Source: Octopus sinensis (lineage: Eukaryota). From it: a stretch of 64,000 nt of DNA. Below the pieces are notes generated by a model that was not told where the DNA came from, ran no database searches, and worked only from the letters and a program-made list of their open reading frames with translations. The translations under genes and the position numbers were made by a program. This document shows positions 50,663 through 64,000 of this stretch, piece after piece (positions within the stretch are counted from its first letter, which is position 1; each line of letters opens with the position of its first letter). The stretch covers positions 5,518,001 through 5,582,000 of the forward strand of contig NC_042999.1 in assembly GCF_006345805.1 (NCBI RefSeq), written 5' to 3'.

Positions 50663-51243
50663 CTGAAAATATTTCCCAACAAAAATATTTTGAAAACAAT
50701 AATACCTGTCAAAAAATGTTATCTAAAAATATTATTCTGTCAAATGTAATAATGCTTGTTTAACCCTTTTGTTACTGTATTTATTTTGAGATGCTCTGTG
50801 TTTCTTTCAATTACTTTAAGTATAACAAAGAATTTAGTAAAATAACTTAGTCATCATTAAGCTAGTCTTAGGAACATGAATTGTGACTAAGGTTCGGTGG
50901 AAGATTTTAATTCAAAACTTATGAAAACGAGACATTTGTACTAAAGAGCCAGAGCCAGTTTTGGCCGGGTTGGTAACGAAAGAGTTAATCACATTGTTTT
51001 GAATTAATCAGGCCTCATCTTGGAGCTTTAAAATTTTGATGATGTCATTGATTACTTTTAGAGTGACATTGTAGGATTAGTGCGAGAGCTGGATCTGGTT
51101 AGTCTGAACATAAAACAGGTGGAATTTTTGACCAGATACAGACGGTTTAAAGGGTTAAGATTCAATTTCAGAAAAGAAAGCTCTACAAGTCTGAATGTAA
51201 AGTACAAAAAAAAAAAAAAAAAAGGAGCAGTTTTCCAACTCAC

Positions 51244-51313
51244 CTGTGTGTAGAGCAAAGACAGGGTCACTCGGTTATTGAGGAGGTCGTTATCATACTG
51301 CATGTCCCAGTAG
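51244..51313 (-). CDS. SNX17: SNX17 exon (F2)
   Basis: SYWDMQYDNDLLNNRVTLSLLYTQ; donor gtgagt; 70 nt, phase 2 to 0. Confidence 0.95.
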
Positions 51314-52600
51314 CTTGACAAAAAAGAGGGCAAATCATCAAAATTGAAAAAGAATAAAAGTTTAGAAGAAAATCTTCACAGATATATCAAATGCTTACAA
51401 AAGTATTAAATTAAAGAAGGCAATTGAAAAACGGAAAAAAAAGCTGCCCATTTTAATGATATCTAGTGAAAGATTATATGTGTATGTTTGTCCCCCCAAC
51501 CGATGCTGGTGTGTTTACGTCTCCATAACTTAGCAGTTTCTCAACAGAGACCGATAGAATAAGTACTAGGCTTACAAAGAATAAGTCCTGGGGTTGATTT
51601 GCTCGATTAAAAGCGGTGCTCCAGCATGGCCACAGTCAAAATGACTGAAACACGTAAAAGAGTAATGGTTTAAAGACTTGGCACAAATCAAACTCGTTAT
51701 TGAATACTGTTCTCAAATCTCAGACGGTGTCACTAACAAAAAGGTCAACCATCTGATTTAGCTGAAGTCTTTGACCAACATAGTCCAATTTCTGGACCAC
51801 AGATATGACTATACTCCTCTAGCAATCCTACCACGGCCTTCACTCTTCAACACTAGCTGATCTCATGCCTCAACAACCACTCTTATCGCCCACATTATAT
51901 CCCTCTACTCAGGGCCCCACTCAACCCTCTACAATTCCTTGCCACTGTTCAAGAGGAATCAATCTGAATGGTCTTGGAAGTCCCATAAAGACCATGGGAA
52001 CAGCCTCTTTTTCCAGATCAAACCATCAAAAGAAAAATCAAAATCCTACACTCGTGGAAGTACACTTTGGTAAGGAGCTAATTATTATCATCATCATCGT
52101 CATCGTTTAATGTCTGCTCTCCATGCTGGCACGGGTTGGACGATTTGACTGAGGACTGGCGAACCAGATGGCTGCACCAAATTCCAATCTGATCTGGCAG
52201 AGTTTCTACAGCTGGATGCCCTTCCTAACACCAACCACTCCAAGAGTGTAGTGGGTGCTTTTATATGCCACTGGCAGCGGCCATGTTCAAATGGTGCTTT
52301 TTATGTGCCACCTGCACAGGAGCCAGTCCAGCGGAAATGGCAACGACCTTGTTCGAATGTTTATTCACGTGCCACCAGCACATGTGCCAGTAAGGCAAGG
52401 CTGGTAACAATCACGCTCGAATGGCACTTTTTACATGCCATTGGCACAGGCCAGCTTGTTGCTCTGGCAACGAACACGCTCATACAGTACTCTTAGAGCT
52501 CCAAAAGAGAATTTAGAAAGAGACCTATTCTTAAAACTGGGTTGGGGTTTTTCAGATAAAAGCCTATTTTGCAAAATGATTAAAAAATCTGGAATTTTAC

Positions 52601-52691
52601 CTTTTCCGGAGCACAATACAATGAGGTCCATCTTTGTTTAATGATTTTAAAGAGATGTAGGGGGATTCGAAATCTTGAAGTTTACGAATTA
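52601..52691 (-). CDS. SNX17: SNX17 exon
   Basis: cttttccag|; IRKLQDFESPYISLKSLNKDGPHCIVLRK; donor gtaaaa; 91 nt, phase 1 to 2. Confidence 0.94.
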
Positions 52692-53922
52692 CTGGAAAAG
52701 AAACAGAAAAAAGCAGAATGAGATAAAACATAGGGGATAAATACAAAGGATGTGGGCATGCACAACAAGGACTTGCACGTATACACACATACACACACAC
52801 ACAAGGAATAGAAAAAAAGAGGAATGACAAAAACACAAGGGACACACACACACACAGACAGACAGACACACAGACAGACAGACACACAGACAGACAGACA
52901 CACAGACAGACAGACACACAGACAGACAGAAGACAGACAGACACACACACACACACACAATGATGATTGTCTTCATCGTTTTATGTCCATTTTCCATGCT
53001 AGCATGGGTCAGATGGTTTGACCAGAGCTCCAGGCACCAGTTGTCTGCTTTGGTATGGTCTCTAAGGCTGGATGCCTTTCCTAATATGCCTACAACTTGA
53101 CAGAGTGTATTGGGTGTCTTTTTAACATGTTACCAGAACAGGTTCCCCGTTACGTGTCACTGGCACAAGTGCCTTTTATGTGTCATCAGCATATAGATAT
53201 ACAGACAGGTAGATGACAATTTGAAAAGAAACATACCAACATTACGACTATGTTACCTAATTAATATGATCCATGTTTAAGAGTATGATATGGAGAGGGC
53301 CAAGGCCAGAAATATATATTATACCAAAATGATGGAACTAGGGTCAAAGCCATCTTGTTAATTAAGTGCCTCTATGGTCACAGGTCTTCTTAAATTAAAA
53401 CAAATTGTTTCATTACATCAAGACTCTTAACGACTTTGTCCATTAGCAACATTATAATCTGAACAATAAGACATCTAACAGGCTTCACCCCATGAAGGCA
53501 AAACTTCAACAAAGGCACGGGTGTGGCTGTGTGATAAGAAGTTTGCTTCCCAACCATATGGTTCCGGGTTCAGTCCCACTGTGTGGCACCTTGGGCAAGT
53601 GTCTACTACTATAGCCTAGGGTTGACAAAAGCCTCTTGAATGGATTTGGTAGACAAAAACTAAAAGTTCATCATCGTGTGTGTGTGTTCACCACCACTGC
53701 TTCACAACCAGTGTTGGTCTGTTTACATCCCATAACCTAGCAGTTTAGCAAAAGACTGATAAAATAAGTATGAGGCTTTAAAAAAATGTACCAGGGTCAT
53801 TTCATTTGACTAAAAATTCTTTAAGGCATGCTCCAGCATGACGAAAGTCTAATGACTGAAACAAGTAAAAGATTAAAAAATCAACAGCAAAAAAAAGGCA
53901 GGGAAAATATAATTCAACTTAC

Positions 53923-54010
53923 TACAGCAGTGATCATCTTCCCTCTTGACGAGATAAAGGGCAAAATAGTAAGTGTGTTCTTCAGGAATTTCAATCTGAG
54001 CTGCAACAGC
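53923..54010 (-). CDS. SNX17: SNX17 exon
   Basis: tttatag|; AVAAQIEIPEEHTYYFALYLVKREDDHCC; donor gtaagt; 88 nt, phase 0 to 1. Confidence 0.92.
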
Positions 54011-54898
54011 CTATAAAAAGAAAATGGTCAAAATATTTTGGGACCAGAAGACAATAACTATGACAGAGAGGGGAAAAAATTCCCAGAATAAAGAAAAATT
54101 TAAAAGGAAAAAAACTGTTTCAAAATTACCCAAATTTTAAAAAATTATTTCAAATACTTTATATATGTCCCTCAGGTTATATTGTCTGTTTTTGGCTTGG
54201 TTTCTACAGCTGGATGCCTTACCTAATGCCAACCACTTTACAGAGTGTACTGGGTGCTTCATACATGGAACCAACACTAGTGCTTCTTACACGACACCAT
54301 CAGCAGTGCTTTTTAAATGGCAGCTTGGTTATTACTTAAAGTTATTTCTTATAAAACAATCATCATCATCATCATCATCGCTTTCCATGCTAGCATGGGT
54401 TGGACGATTTTGACTGAGGGCTGGTGAACCAGATGGCTGCACCAGGCTCCAATCTTGATCTGGCAGAGTTTCTACAGCTGGATGCCCTTCCTAATGCCAA
54501 CCACTCCAAGAGTGTGGTGGGCGCTTTTTACGTGCCACCGGTACGGGGGCCAGTCAGGCGGTACTGGCAACGACCTCTCTCGAATCCTTTTACACATGCC
54601 ACCAGCACAGGTGTCAGAAAGGTGACTTTGGTAACGATCACGCTCAAATGGTGCCCTTTTACGTGCCACTGTCACGGAAGCCAGTTGGCTGCTCTGGCAA
54701 CGATCACGCTCGGATAGTGCTCTTGGCACCTTACTAGCAGAGGCATAAGTGCCAGTAAGGTGATGCTGGTAACGATCACGCTCGAATGGTGCCCTTTAAG
54801 TACCACTGGCACGAAAGCCAGTTAGCCGCTCTGTCAATGATCATGCTCGTATGGTGCTCTTTTAGAAAAGGGAAATTTAAAGGACCCTGCAAACCTAC

Positions 54899-55009
54899 CT
54901 CTAACACGTCTTCTGTTTGGTCTGTTGATGTAATATTTACAGTTAATTTGTGGTCGTTCATCAGGTATACTTCTAAATTCACGGATTCTTCTATTTGCTG
55001 CATACTTTC
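54899..55009 (-). CDS. SNX17: SNX17 exon (FERM-like F1/RA)
   Basis: ESMQQIEESVNLEVYLMNDHKLTVNITSTDQTEDVLE; AG/GT boundaries; 111 nt. Confidence 0.95.
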
Positions 55010-56988
55010 CTGTTTAAAGGTAAAATGAAATGCATTAAAGATGGTAACTAAAATTTAAAAACAGGATAGAATACGTAAGGAAACTTTCAGACCTTATTTG
55101 TTATTTTTTTTTAAATATTCATTTATTGTTTTTACTGATGTTGTCTGTATAAAATGAAACAGTATTTTAACTAGTTGTCCCAGTAAAACATATACCTATT
55201 TCTTTACTACCCACAAGGGGCGAAACACAGAGAGGGCAAACAAGGGCAGACAAACGGATTAAGTCGATTACATCGACCCCAGTGCGTAACTGGTACTTAA
55301 TTTATCGACCCCAAAAGGATGAAAGGCAAAGTCGACCTCGGCGGAATTTGAACTCAGAACGTAACGGCAGAAGAAATACCTATTTCTTTACTACCCAGGC
55401 AAAGTCGACCTTAGCGAAATTTGAACTCAGAATGTAGTGGCAGACGAAATACCGCTAAGCATTTCGCCTGGTGTGCTAACGATTCTGCCACGTTGCCACC
55501 TTAAAAACATATACCTGTGAGGTATGGGAGTAAATGCCAAGACAAATAAGGTTTTTATAAGTTTAGATATGGAATACATCCAAAGACAATAACAGCAATT
55601 ACGGCAATGATGCCAATCTATCAACTGATGAAGAATTCAAAGACTTAAATACCGAACTGTGCAAAGTTATGTTTATTGAAATGACATTCTAAATGAGATA
55701 TTTTTTAAGATGCTATTTCTTTTATTTAAGGAACCAGTTGATGTTCAAATTTACTTCAACATCCAAATAGAAAACAGAATCTTTCAGGTACTTGAGAGGG
55801 GAATGGAGCTTTATGCCAGATGATGTTGAAAGACTAAAATATGATAGAGGACAAGCACAGGCATCTTGCTATAGAGGAGATACATGGCTATCTTGCATTA
55901 TATATAAGGGCTGTGTGGTAAGTAGCTTGCTTACCAACCACATGGTTCCAGGTTCAGTCCCACTGTGTAGCACCTTGGGCAAGTGTCTTCTACTATAGCC
56001 TCGGGCCAACCAAAGCCTTGTGAGTAGATTTGGAAACTGAAAGAAGCCCATCGTATATGTGTGTGTGTATGTGTGTGTGTCTGTGTGTGTGTGTGTGTGT
56101 GTGTATGTGTGTGTGTGTATTTTTGTGTGTCTGTGTTTGTCCCCCACCCAACATTACTTGACAACCAATGTTGGTGTGTTTACATCACCGTAACTTACCA
56201 GTTCAGCAAAAGAACCCAATAGAATAAGTACTAAGCTTACAAAGAATAAGTCCTGGGGTCGATTTGCTCAATTAAAGGCAGTACTCCAGTATGGCCACAG
56301 TCAAATGAGTAAAGGGTGTGTGGGAGTCACTGGAGAGGAGATAAAAGGAAGGTGGTGATGGAGTGCCAGAGCAAACTCTTAAGGTATAAGAAGATGATTA
56401 TAAGAAAGGATGTGGACAGTGGATCGTGGGAGGGGAAGAAAGAGTAAATATTTTGATAAGAGTGTGAGGGGAAGGAGGAATAATGGATGGAGTAGAGATG
56501 GATGGAGTGAGTGATGAACAGGGGTGGGGGTGCAGATGATAAGAAATGCCAGGATGGAGTGGTGTAAGATAAGAAAAAATAGGAATGGTTCAGGAAGGAG
56601 AATAGATCAGAAAATAGCAGAATGATGGGCAAGGTATAGGAGCTGTGGAGGGGGAGATATAGAGAGGTACATTGGGGTGGAGGTGAGGTGATGATAAATG
56701 AGAGGGTGTTGAGAATGATAGCAGATAAGGGAAGTGTTGATGAATGAAGTGTAGGGCTGTGGTTGAAGGCACAGAAAGGAGGGAATTGGTAGAAATAGTG
56801 TGGGCAAGAATGATAATGAGGAAGGGGGTTCCGAGGGAAGAAGGGAGGGAGGCTGGAATCATGTTTGGAATTATGTACACATCCAGAAATAAAGAGACAC
56901 TTGAAGGAAATTAGAGGAAGAACTGATTAAAATCATTATCATCATTCCCATTTAACATTGATGTTGGTATGGATTGGATGGGTTGAGA

Positions 56989-57218
56989 GGCAAGCTGGCA
57001 GAATCGTTAGCACACCGGGCAAAATGCTTAGCGGTATTTCGTCTGCCATTACGTTCTGAGTTCAAATTCCGCCGAGGTCGACTTTGCCTTTCATCCTTTC
57101 GGGGTCAGTAAATTAAGTACCAGTTACGCACTGGGGTCGATGCAATCGACTTAATCCATTTGTCTGAACTTGTTTGTCCTCTCTGTGTTTAGCCCCTTGT
57201 GGGTAGTAAAGAAATAGG
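56989..57218 (+). mobile_element. Family-C tRNA-derived SINE with Nin/Deu-like core
   Basis: Head GAGCTGGCAGAATCGTTAG...GAGTTCAAATTCC; core GCCTTTCATCCTTTCGGGGTC..TAAA..AGTACC. Copies at about 7090-7210, 32760-32900, 40030-40420, 55200-55500. Confidence 0.8.
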
Positions 57219-58555
57219 TTTGAGAAGATCTGACAAGTCTGAATGTTGTATCATGCTCCAATGCCTGCTTTGGCCATGGTCTCCATGGCTGGATGACAAT
57301 TCCAAATGCCAAACATTTAACAGAATGTACCGAGAGCTTTTTTTGTAACACCAGTGAGGTTGCCATGTAGGTCACATGACCAAAATCTTCTTTGATTGAA
57401 TGGGGCTAGAGTGAAAAGAGGAGTTAAATTGAGAGAGAAGGGGCCAGAACAAGACAGGTTTCTTGTTGTATGGGAACTACATGGCCACTCATTATCAAAG
57501 AGAGGGTGGTAGTGGTTAGGGTGGAGCTAGAAAGAGAGATGAAATGGTAAAAATGAGGTGTTAATGTTGACTCTCAAAGAACAAAAAGGTGAATAGAGTT
57601 AATACCACTATCATCATCATAATCGTTGTCGTTTAGCATCTGCTTTCCCATGCAGGCATGGGTTGGACGGTTTGACTGAGGACTGGCAAGCCAGGAGGCT
57701 GCACAAAGTTCCAATCTGATTTGGCAGGGTTTCTACAGCTGGATGCCCTTCCTAACGCCAACCATTCCGAGAGTGTAGTGGGTGATTTTTACATGCCACC
57801 GGCACAGGAGCCAGTCAGGCAGCACTAGCATCAGTCACACTCGAATGGTGCTTTTTACATGCCATCAGCACAGGGGGCAGCCAGGCGGCACTGGCATCAG
57901 CCACACTTGAATGATGCTTTTTACATGCCACTGGCAGGGGTATCAGTTAGGTGGCACTGGCATCAGCCATGCTTGAATGGTGCATTTTATGTGCCACCAG
58001 TACAGTTACCAGTCAGATGGCACTGGCATTGGCTTGACTGCCACAGGCCACAACCACAATTTCACTTGGGTCAACAGGTCTTCACAAGCACAGCATATTA
58101 TCCAATGACTGAAAGGTATTTTTAAATGGGCCAATTATGTGAGACTGGCAAAAAAGATATTTCATCTGTTAAGACAGAATTAACATTTTGAAAAGTTGTG
58201 ATTTTGTAAAAATAACATAAAAAGCACGTAAAAAGCACTATTTGAGTGGCCCTCATGCTGGTGGCACGTACAAGCACCCACTACACTCTCAGAGTGGTTG
58301 GTGTTAGGAAGGGCATCCAGCTGTAGAAACTTTGCCAGATCAGATTGGAGTCTGGTGCAGCCATCTGGCTTACCGTCCAATCCATACCAACAGTCAAACC
58401 GTCCAATCCATACCAACATGGAAAGCGGAAGTTAAATGATGATAATGGTGATGATGATGATGAACAGTTATTAAATAGACTTTACAAAAGCTACCTCAAT
58501 GCCTTATTATGGAAGTTAAAGAATATTTGTTTTGCAAACCAAAGAAGATACTCAC

Positions 58556-58620
58556 CTGTTGAGCATTTAACAAGAAGCTGTTGAATATACTGCATGAGGC
58601 TATGTCAGGGACTTGGCTCA
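58556..58620 (-). CDS. SNX17: SNX17 exon (end of PX domain)
   Basis: tatccag|tg; VSQVPDIASCSIFNSFLLNAQQ; donor gtgagt; 65 nt, phase 1 to 0. Confidence 0.92.
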
Positions 58621-58923
58621 CTGGATAGAAAGTAAAATGGCACATTTATTCAAACTGACAAAAACTGAAATTAAAAACTAGACATAAGTGTTGAATGACT
58701 CAATTGTATATTTAAGAGATGAGAAATTATGTACATTATTTACATTTGACAAATATTTGTCCTCATCTTGTTTGTTAACACAACGTTTTGGCTGATATAC
58801 CCTCCAGCCTTCTTTAGGTGTCTTGGGGGAAATTTCGAACCTGGGTTCTCATTCCTAAGGTATTTCTCATTGTTGTTGTTGTTTCTGCTGCTGTTGGTAT
58901 TATTATTGTTATTATTATTATTA

Positions 58924-58988
58924 TTTGCGCAGAGGCAGTACCATGGCCAATGAGGTAAATCCGAGGAGTAGTTATTGCTAGTTGAAAA
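58924..58988 (+). pseudogene. 3'-truncated U4 snRNA copy (nt about 4-68)
   Basis: TTTGCGCAGAGGCAGTACCATGGCCAATGAGGTAAATCCGAGGAGTAGTTATTGCTAGTTGAAAA aligns without gaps to the U4 5' end as recalled (about 11 mismatches to human); embedded in (ATT)n; no Sm site. Confidence 0.88.
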
Positions 58989-61900
58989 TTATTATTATTA
59001 TTATTATTATTATTGTTATTATTGTTATCATTATTATTCAGGTCACTGCATGGAATTGAACTCGGAACCTTGGGGTTAGTAGCCCGCGCTCTTAACCACG
59101 GGCATATGGTGTAGTGTTAACAACAAACAAGCTGAGGGCAAATATCTGTTGAATGTAAATAATGTGTTGAACGACTGTTTAAAAAAACTTTAGTTCCCCA
59201 TTCAATGAATTCATCTGAGTATGTCTTCCAACAGAAAATAAAATATTGACAGTTAAGAAATTAGGGGGAAGGGGCTATCATTCAATATTTGCAGTGAAGA
59301 TTTATTTTCACACAACCTTCTTGTGTGAATCCAGAAACCAACAGAGTTACAGAGGCATTCAGATTGAGAAAAGGAATGCTTGACTAAAGGATCCGTTTCT
59401 TTTGTTATTTGTTTAAGTCCCATGAAGCAGGCGAGAGAATTTGCGGGCCACAAGGGACCCCACACTAACCGAGATGGCACTAAAAACAACGTGTGTTCTT
59501 TTACTTGTTTCAGTCATTTGACTACAGCCATGCTGGAGCACCACCTTTTAGTTGAACAAATCGACCCCAGGACTTATTCTTTGTAAGTCTAGTACTTAGT
59601 TTATCGATCTCTTCTGCCAAACCACTAAGTTACAGGGACGTAAACACACCAACATTAGTTGTCAAATGACAGTGGGGGAGGGGACAAACACAGACACACA
59701 AATACACACACACACATATATGTCCAACCCATGCTAGCATGGAAAGCGGACGCTAAACAATGTTGATGATGATGATGATAGAGAAAATTCACAAAAAAAA
59801 CAAAAGACGAAGATAGGTGGTGTAGACAACAAACAGATGTATTAGTATAACGCTCAGGAAGTGAAAAAGTCTTTAATGTTTCGAGCCTACGCTCTTCTAC
59901 AGAAAGGGACACAGAAAGAAACAAAGAGAGAAAATAAAGATTGCGTAGTGGCTAGCGATCTATCATATATATATATATATATATACTATGGGCTTCTTTC
60001 AGTTTCCATCTACCAAATCCACTCAAAAGGCTTTGGTCAACCTGAGGCTATAGTAGAAGACACTTGTCCAAGGTGCCATGCAGTGGGACTGAACCCAGAA
60101 CCATGTGGTTGGGAAGCAAGCTTTTTTACTTCATTACATTTACCATAAAGGCATAATGGAGATGAAGCTTTGCGGGCTGAACACAGACACAATGATGATG
60201 ATGGAATGAAAAAGAGAGATGGTTGGTGGAGGAAGCAGCCAACACTTGCCGATTGTTACTTCCCGATAACATTGTTCTTTTTTTAAAAACACAAATGAGG
60301 TGTTGAACCTCTTACCACACAGCCACTCCTGCGCCCGTATAAGTAATCAAATTTTATTTTAATAATATTTCTGCTTGAAATTTCATGAATTAGTACACTA
60401 CTACTTGTCACGTTGGCTACTGAGTGTTGACAAAGCGGAAGAGACAAGAGATTGTGAAGGTCTCAAGTGGACAGCACTTTTAAATTTATATTGGTTACAA
60501 ACAACAGAAAGTTCAGAGTTTGAAGTTCAAGACATCACAGTTTTAATCTCTCCAATAATTTAACAGAAACTGTGCAGACGTTTGTCGTGTGGGGGAAACA
60601 CAGAGACAAATGTAAGAGTACAACTTTTACTAACATACATCAGCAAAGAATATAAAAGACATTGGTGAGAAAGTGGGAAAAAACTGATTGTCTTCAAAGG
60701 AAGTCATCATCATCATCATCATCATCGTTTAATGTCTGCTTTCCATGCTAGCATGGGTTGGACGGTTCAACCGGGATCTGGGAAGCCAGGAGGCTGCACC
60801 AGGCTCCAGTCTGATCTGGCAGTGTTTCTACAGCTGGATGCCCTTCCTAACACCAACCACTCTGCGAGTGTAGTGGGTGCTTTTTACCTGCCGCCGGCAC
60901 AGGGGCCAGAGGAGGCTGGCAAATGGCCACAATCAGTTGGCGCTTTTATGTGTCACCGACACAGACGCCAGTCATCAGGCTCTGCCATGTCACTCTAGCA
61001 GCCAGAAGTGCAGTGAAATAATAATCAACCCACGACAATCATGTAAACAAATAAACTCTTATTTTTTTTACATTTCAGCTCAGAGCTGCGGCCATGCTGA
61101 TGCACCGCCATTGTTCATTAATTGCAATCATCTTCATTTAATGAGCATTTTCCATGCTTAGCATAGGCAGGACAGTTTTATGGGGGACTGGTGGGCTGAA
61201 GGTCTGAGCTGAACTCCAATGTTATCTTTGGCTTGGTTTCTACGGCTGGATGCCTTTCCTAATGCCAACCACTCTACAGAAAGGACTGGGTGCTTTTTTC
61301 ATGCCACTGGCACTAATGAAGTGGTCATGAAATTTGCGAGGAATTAGAATGGCAGGATCTTGAGAGGGAAAAGATGGAGAAAAGTTCCCACTACTAAGAA
61401 GTAGTTGGGAGGGGAAGGTGGAGATGAGTGATTGCATGCCAGGTGTTAAAAGGTTAAAGACAGGGGGACAAGCACAGGCGTCTTGCTATACAGATATATG
61501 GCTGAAGGAGACAAGGGGAAGGTAGTGATGGGGGGGTGCTAGAACAAAGTTTCAAAGAATTCTCTCACACCTCATCTTCCTAACAAGCCCATCCCTCCAC
61601 CCATGTTTACCACTCGCTGCATTCCCCTCCTCTCCACCGCCTGCCTACCCACGTACCCTACCCACTTATCTGTACCATTTCACTTATAATTCACCTCCCA
61701 GTAACATTAGGGTATAGACCCTAACACATCTCCACCAGCTTCTTTCACTTTCTCCTCTCTCTCTTAATTCAGCTGAGGTGGCCATGTGTCTCTCCTACAG
61801 CAACACACCTGTTTCTGTCTCTCTATCACACTCCAACCTCCTCATCACCTGGCACAAAGCCACCTCTCTCAATGCCGCTACCCCTTCAGTTCAAGGTTCT

Positions 61901-63605
61901 TGTCTTGTGAGGTACTTAGCAACCTCACTACTGCTGGTGCCACATTAAAAGCACCCAGTACACTCTGTAAAGTGGTTGGTATCAGGAAGAGCATCCAGCT
62001 GTAGAGACCACACCAAAGTAGATAGAACTGGATACAGCCAGCTAGCTCATTGGTTGCTGTCAAACTGTCCAATCTATGCCAGCATGGAAGATGGATGATA
62101 AATGATGATGATTATACACACAAACACACAGGATGGTGTATAAATTCTATAAATTTTCTTCAGCTTTCTTTCAGCAATATTTCAATTCTAATCATAGCCA
62201 CCATCATTATACAGTACAATGGAATTGGTGCTAATTTTCCAACATATAATGCCTTGTGTTAATTAGACAGAGAAATATGCCTGGCTCAGAGGCATGAAAT
62301 TCCTAGTAACATTTGCGGCTATCAGAGCAGCCAACAGAGCGGCTATCTGGCCTCCGTGCCGGTGGCACATAAAAGACTCCATTCGAGCATGATCATTACC
62401 ATCATCGCCTTACTGGCACCTGTGCCGGTGGCATGTGTAAAAGGTTCAAGCAAGGTCGTTGCCAGTACCGCCTGACTGGCCCCCATGCCGGTGGCACGTA
62501 AAAGCATCCACTACACTCTCAGAGTGGTTGGCGTTAGGAAGGGCATCCAGCTGTAGAAACTCTGCCAGATCAAGATTGGAGCCTGGTGCGGCCGTCTGGT
62601 TCGCCAGCTCTCAGTCAAATCATCCAACCCATGCTAGCATGGAAAGCGGACGTTAAATGATGATGATGATGATGATTTGAATCTCTGACCATTAGAGCAA
62701 TAATCTGACACTTTAATCAGTGCCACCACATCATCGATACCAAATTTTAATTCTATTCTATGAGACAGAAATGTTTTACACAAAGAAATACCTTTCTGGT
62801 TAGACTCTAACTTCCATACCTGAAACATAATTATGTTGAAATTCGTTGTCAATAAAATTGCAAAATCTTTTGCGTGAGTATTTGGCAAGGAATTTCATTT
62901 GAAATCAAGGCCCAAATCATATTTCGCAAGGAACTTCATTGAAATCAGGGAATACAACATTCTGACAGACTCAGTTTAAACATTAAAATCATTAATTCAT
63001 TATTTTATTCTCTTCACACCTGATAACAACAAGGTCCCTCAAAGCACATAAGGTGAAAAAATATCCATAAGGTTTCTTAACCATTTCGTTACTGTATTTC
63101 TTTTGGGATGCTCTGTGTTTCTTCCAATTATTTTAAATATAAGAAAGAATTTAGTAAAATAACATCGTTATCATTGAGCTAGTGTTAGGAACATAAATTG
63201 TGACTAAGATTTGGTGGAAATTTTGAATTCAAAACTTATGAAAACGAGACATTTATACTAAAGAGCCAGAGCCGGTTTCAGCCGGGTTGGTAACGAAAGG
63301 GTTAAATCATTTCTATTGATCAGGCACAAAGCCAATTGTCATAAAACCAATCGAAATCAGTTGGTATCAATCATATACACAAGGAAGAGTTCAAAGGTGA
63401 AATCAATCCTGATTGATTTTTGAGAATCAATACAATAAAATACATTGTTTGCAAGATGACCAGAAGTTCATGAACCAGCTTCTTCATCAATGATATCGAT
63501 AGCAGCAACGTTAAATTACAAAACAAAAGACAATAGACAACAATGACCGTCTATGTAAATATCGAAAGCCATTCAACACTGATTTTATAAACAAACTGTA
63601 CCGAC

Positions 63606-63723
63606 CCGTCTGAATGTAACGCTCCAGGCTGATTCGCCGCTCATCCAATTGTGCTTGAGACAGAGACAGTAGTCGTTTCGGTGGGAATGGAGGTAAGGTA
63701 CTCGCTCCAAACTGTTTTTTTAA
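63606..63723 (-). CDS. SNX17: Sorting nexin-17, first exon in window (PX domain); upstream exons lie beyond position 64000
   Basis: ttttgcag|TTA; LKKQFGASTLPPFPPKRLLSLSQAQLDERRISLERYIQT; donor g|gtcggt; 118 nt. Confidence 0.93.
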
Positions 63724-64000
63724 CTGCAAAAAAACAAAAAAAAAACAAAAAAAAAATAGAGCAAATCGTTTCCTATTTAAACATTCAATAGTGCAGAACT
63801 AAATGCCAAACAATACCATTTTGAGGAAGTTATAGTAGAACTAGTATTTAGAAGCTAATTAGGATAGTTTCATTAAGTGAATTTCACACAAAAAACAACA
63901 AAAAAGAAAAACACATTTCATACTCTTTTACTCTTTTACTTGTTTCAGTCATTTGACTGCGGCCATGCTGGAGCACCACCTTTAGTCGAGCAAATCGACC

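Noticed and set aside
56310-56880. Purine-rich block with overlapping minus-strand ORFs, possibly a decayed Penelope segment
   Set aside because: The ORFs reflect strand-biased composition; the motifs are too degraded to support a call by eye.

Overview
Eukaryotic, AT-rich, very repeat-dense genomic DNA; the SINE families look like those of Octopus assemblies (inference from recognition, not a search). There are two convergent multi-exon genes. On + is an RNF217-like RBR E3 ligase (4 coding exons, 13204-20844, about 441 aa). On - is sorting nexin-17 (14 coding exons traced, 63723-31476; the first exons lie beyond the window end). The rest is mostly SINEs (at least 5 families), LINE fragments (CR1-type, RTE-type, Penelope-like), MITEs (piggyBac-, hAT-, mariner-type), Helitron remnants and microsatellites. 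Most notable observations: (1) a tRNA-headed SINE whose body carries a Penelope-type minimal hammerhead ribozyme, with 7 ribozyme copies, recurrent fold-back pairs and one copy abutting a Penelope RT fragment; (2) a second hammerhead-like repeat family with a shared core variant; (3) an inverted copy of RNF217 exon 3 11 kb downstream, split by an RTE LINE with an 11-bp TSD; (4) a 3'-truncated U4 snRNA retrocopy; (5) candidate alternative splicing in both genes. All alignments and counts were done by eye.
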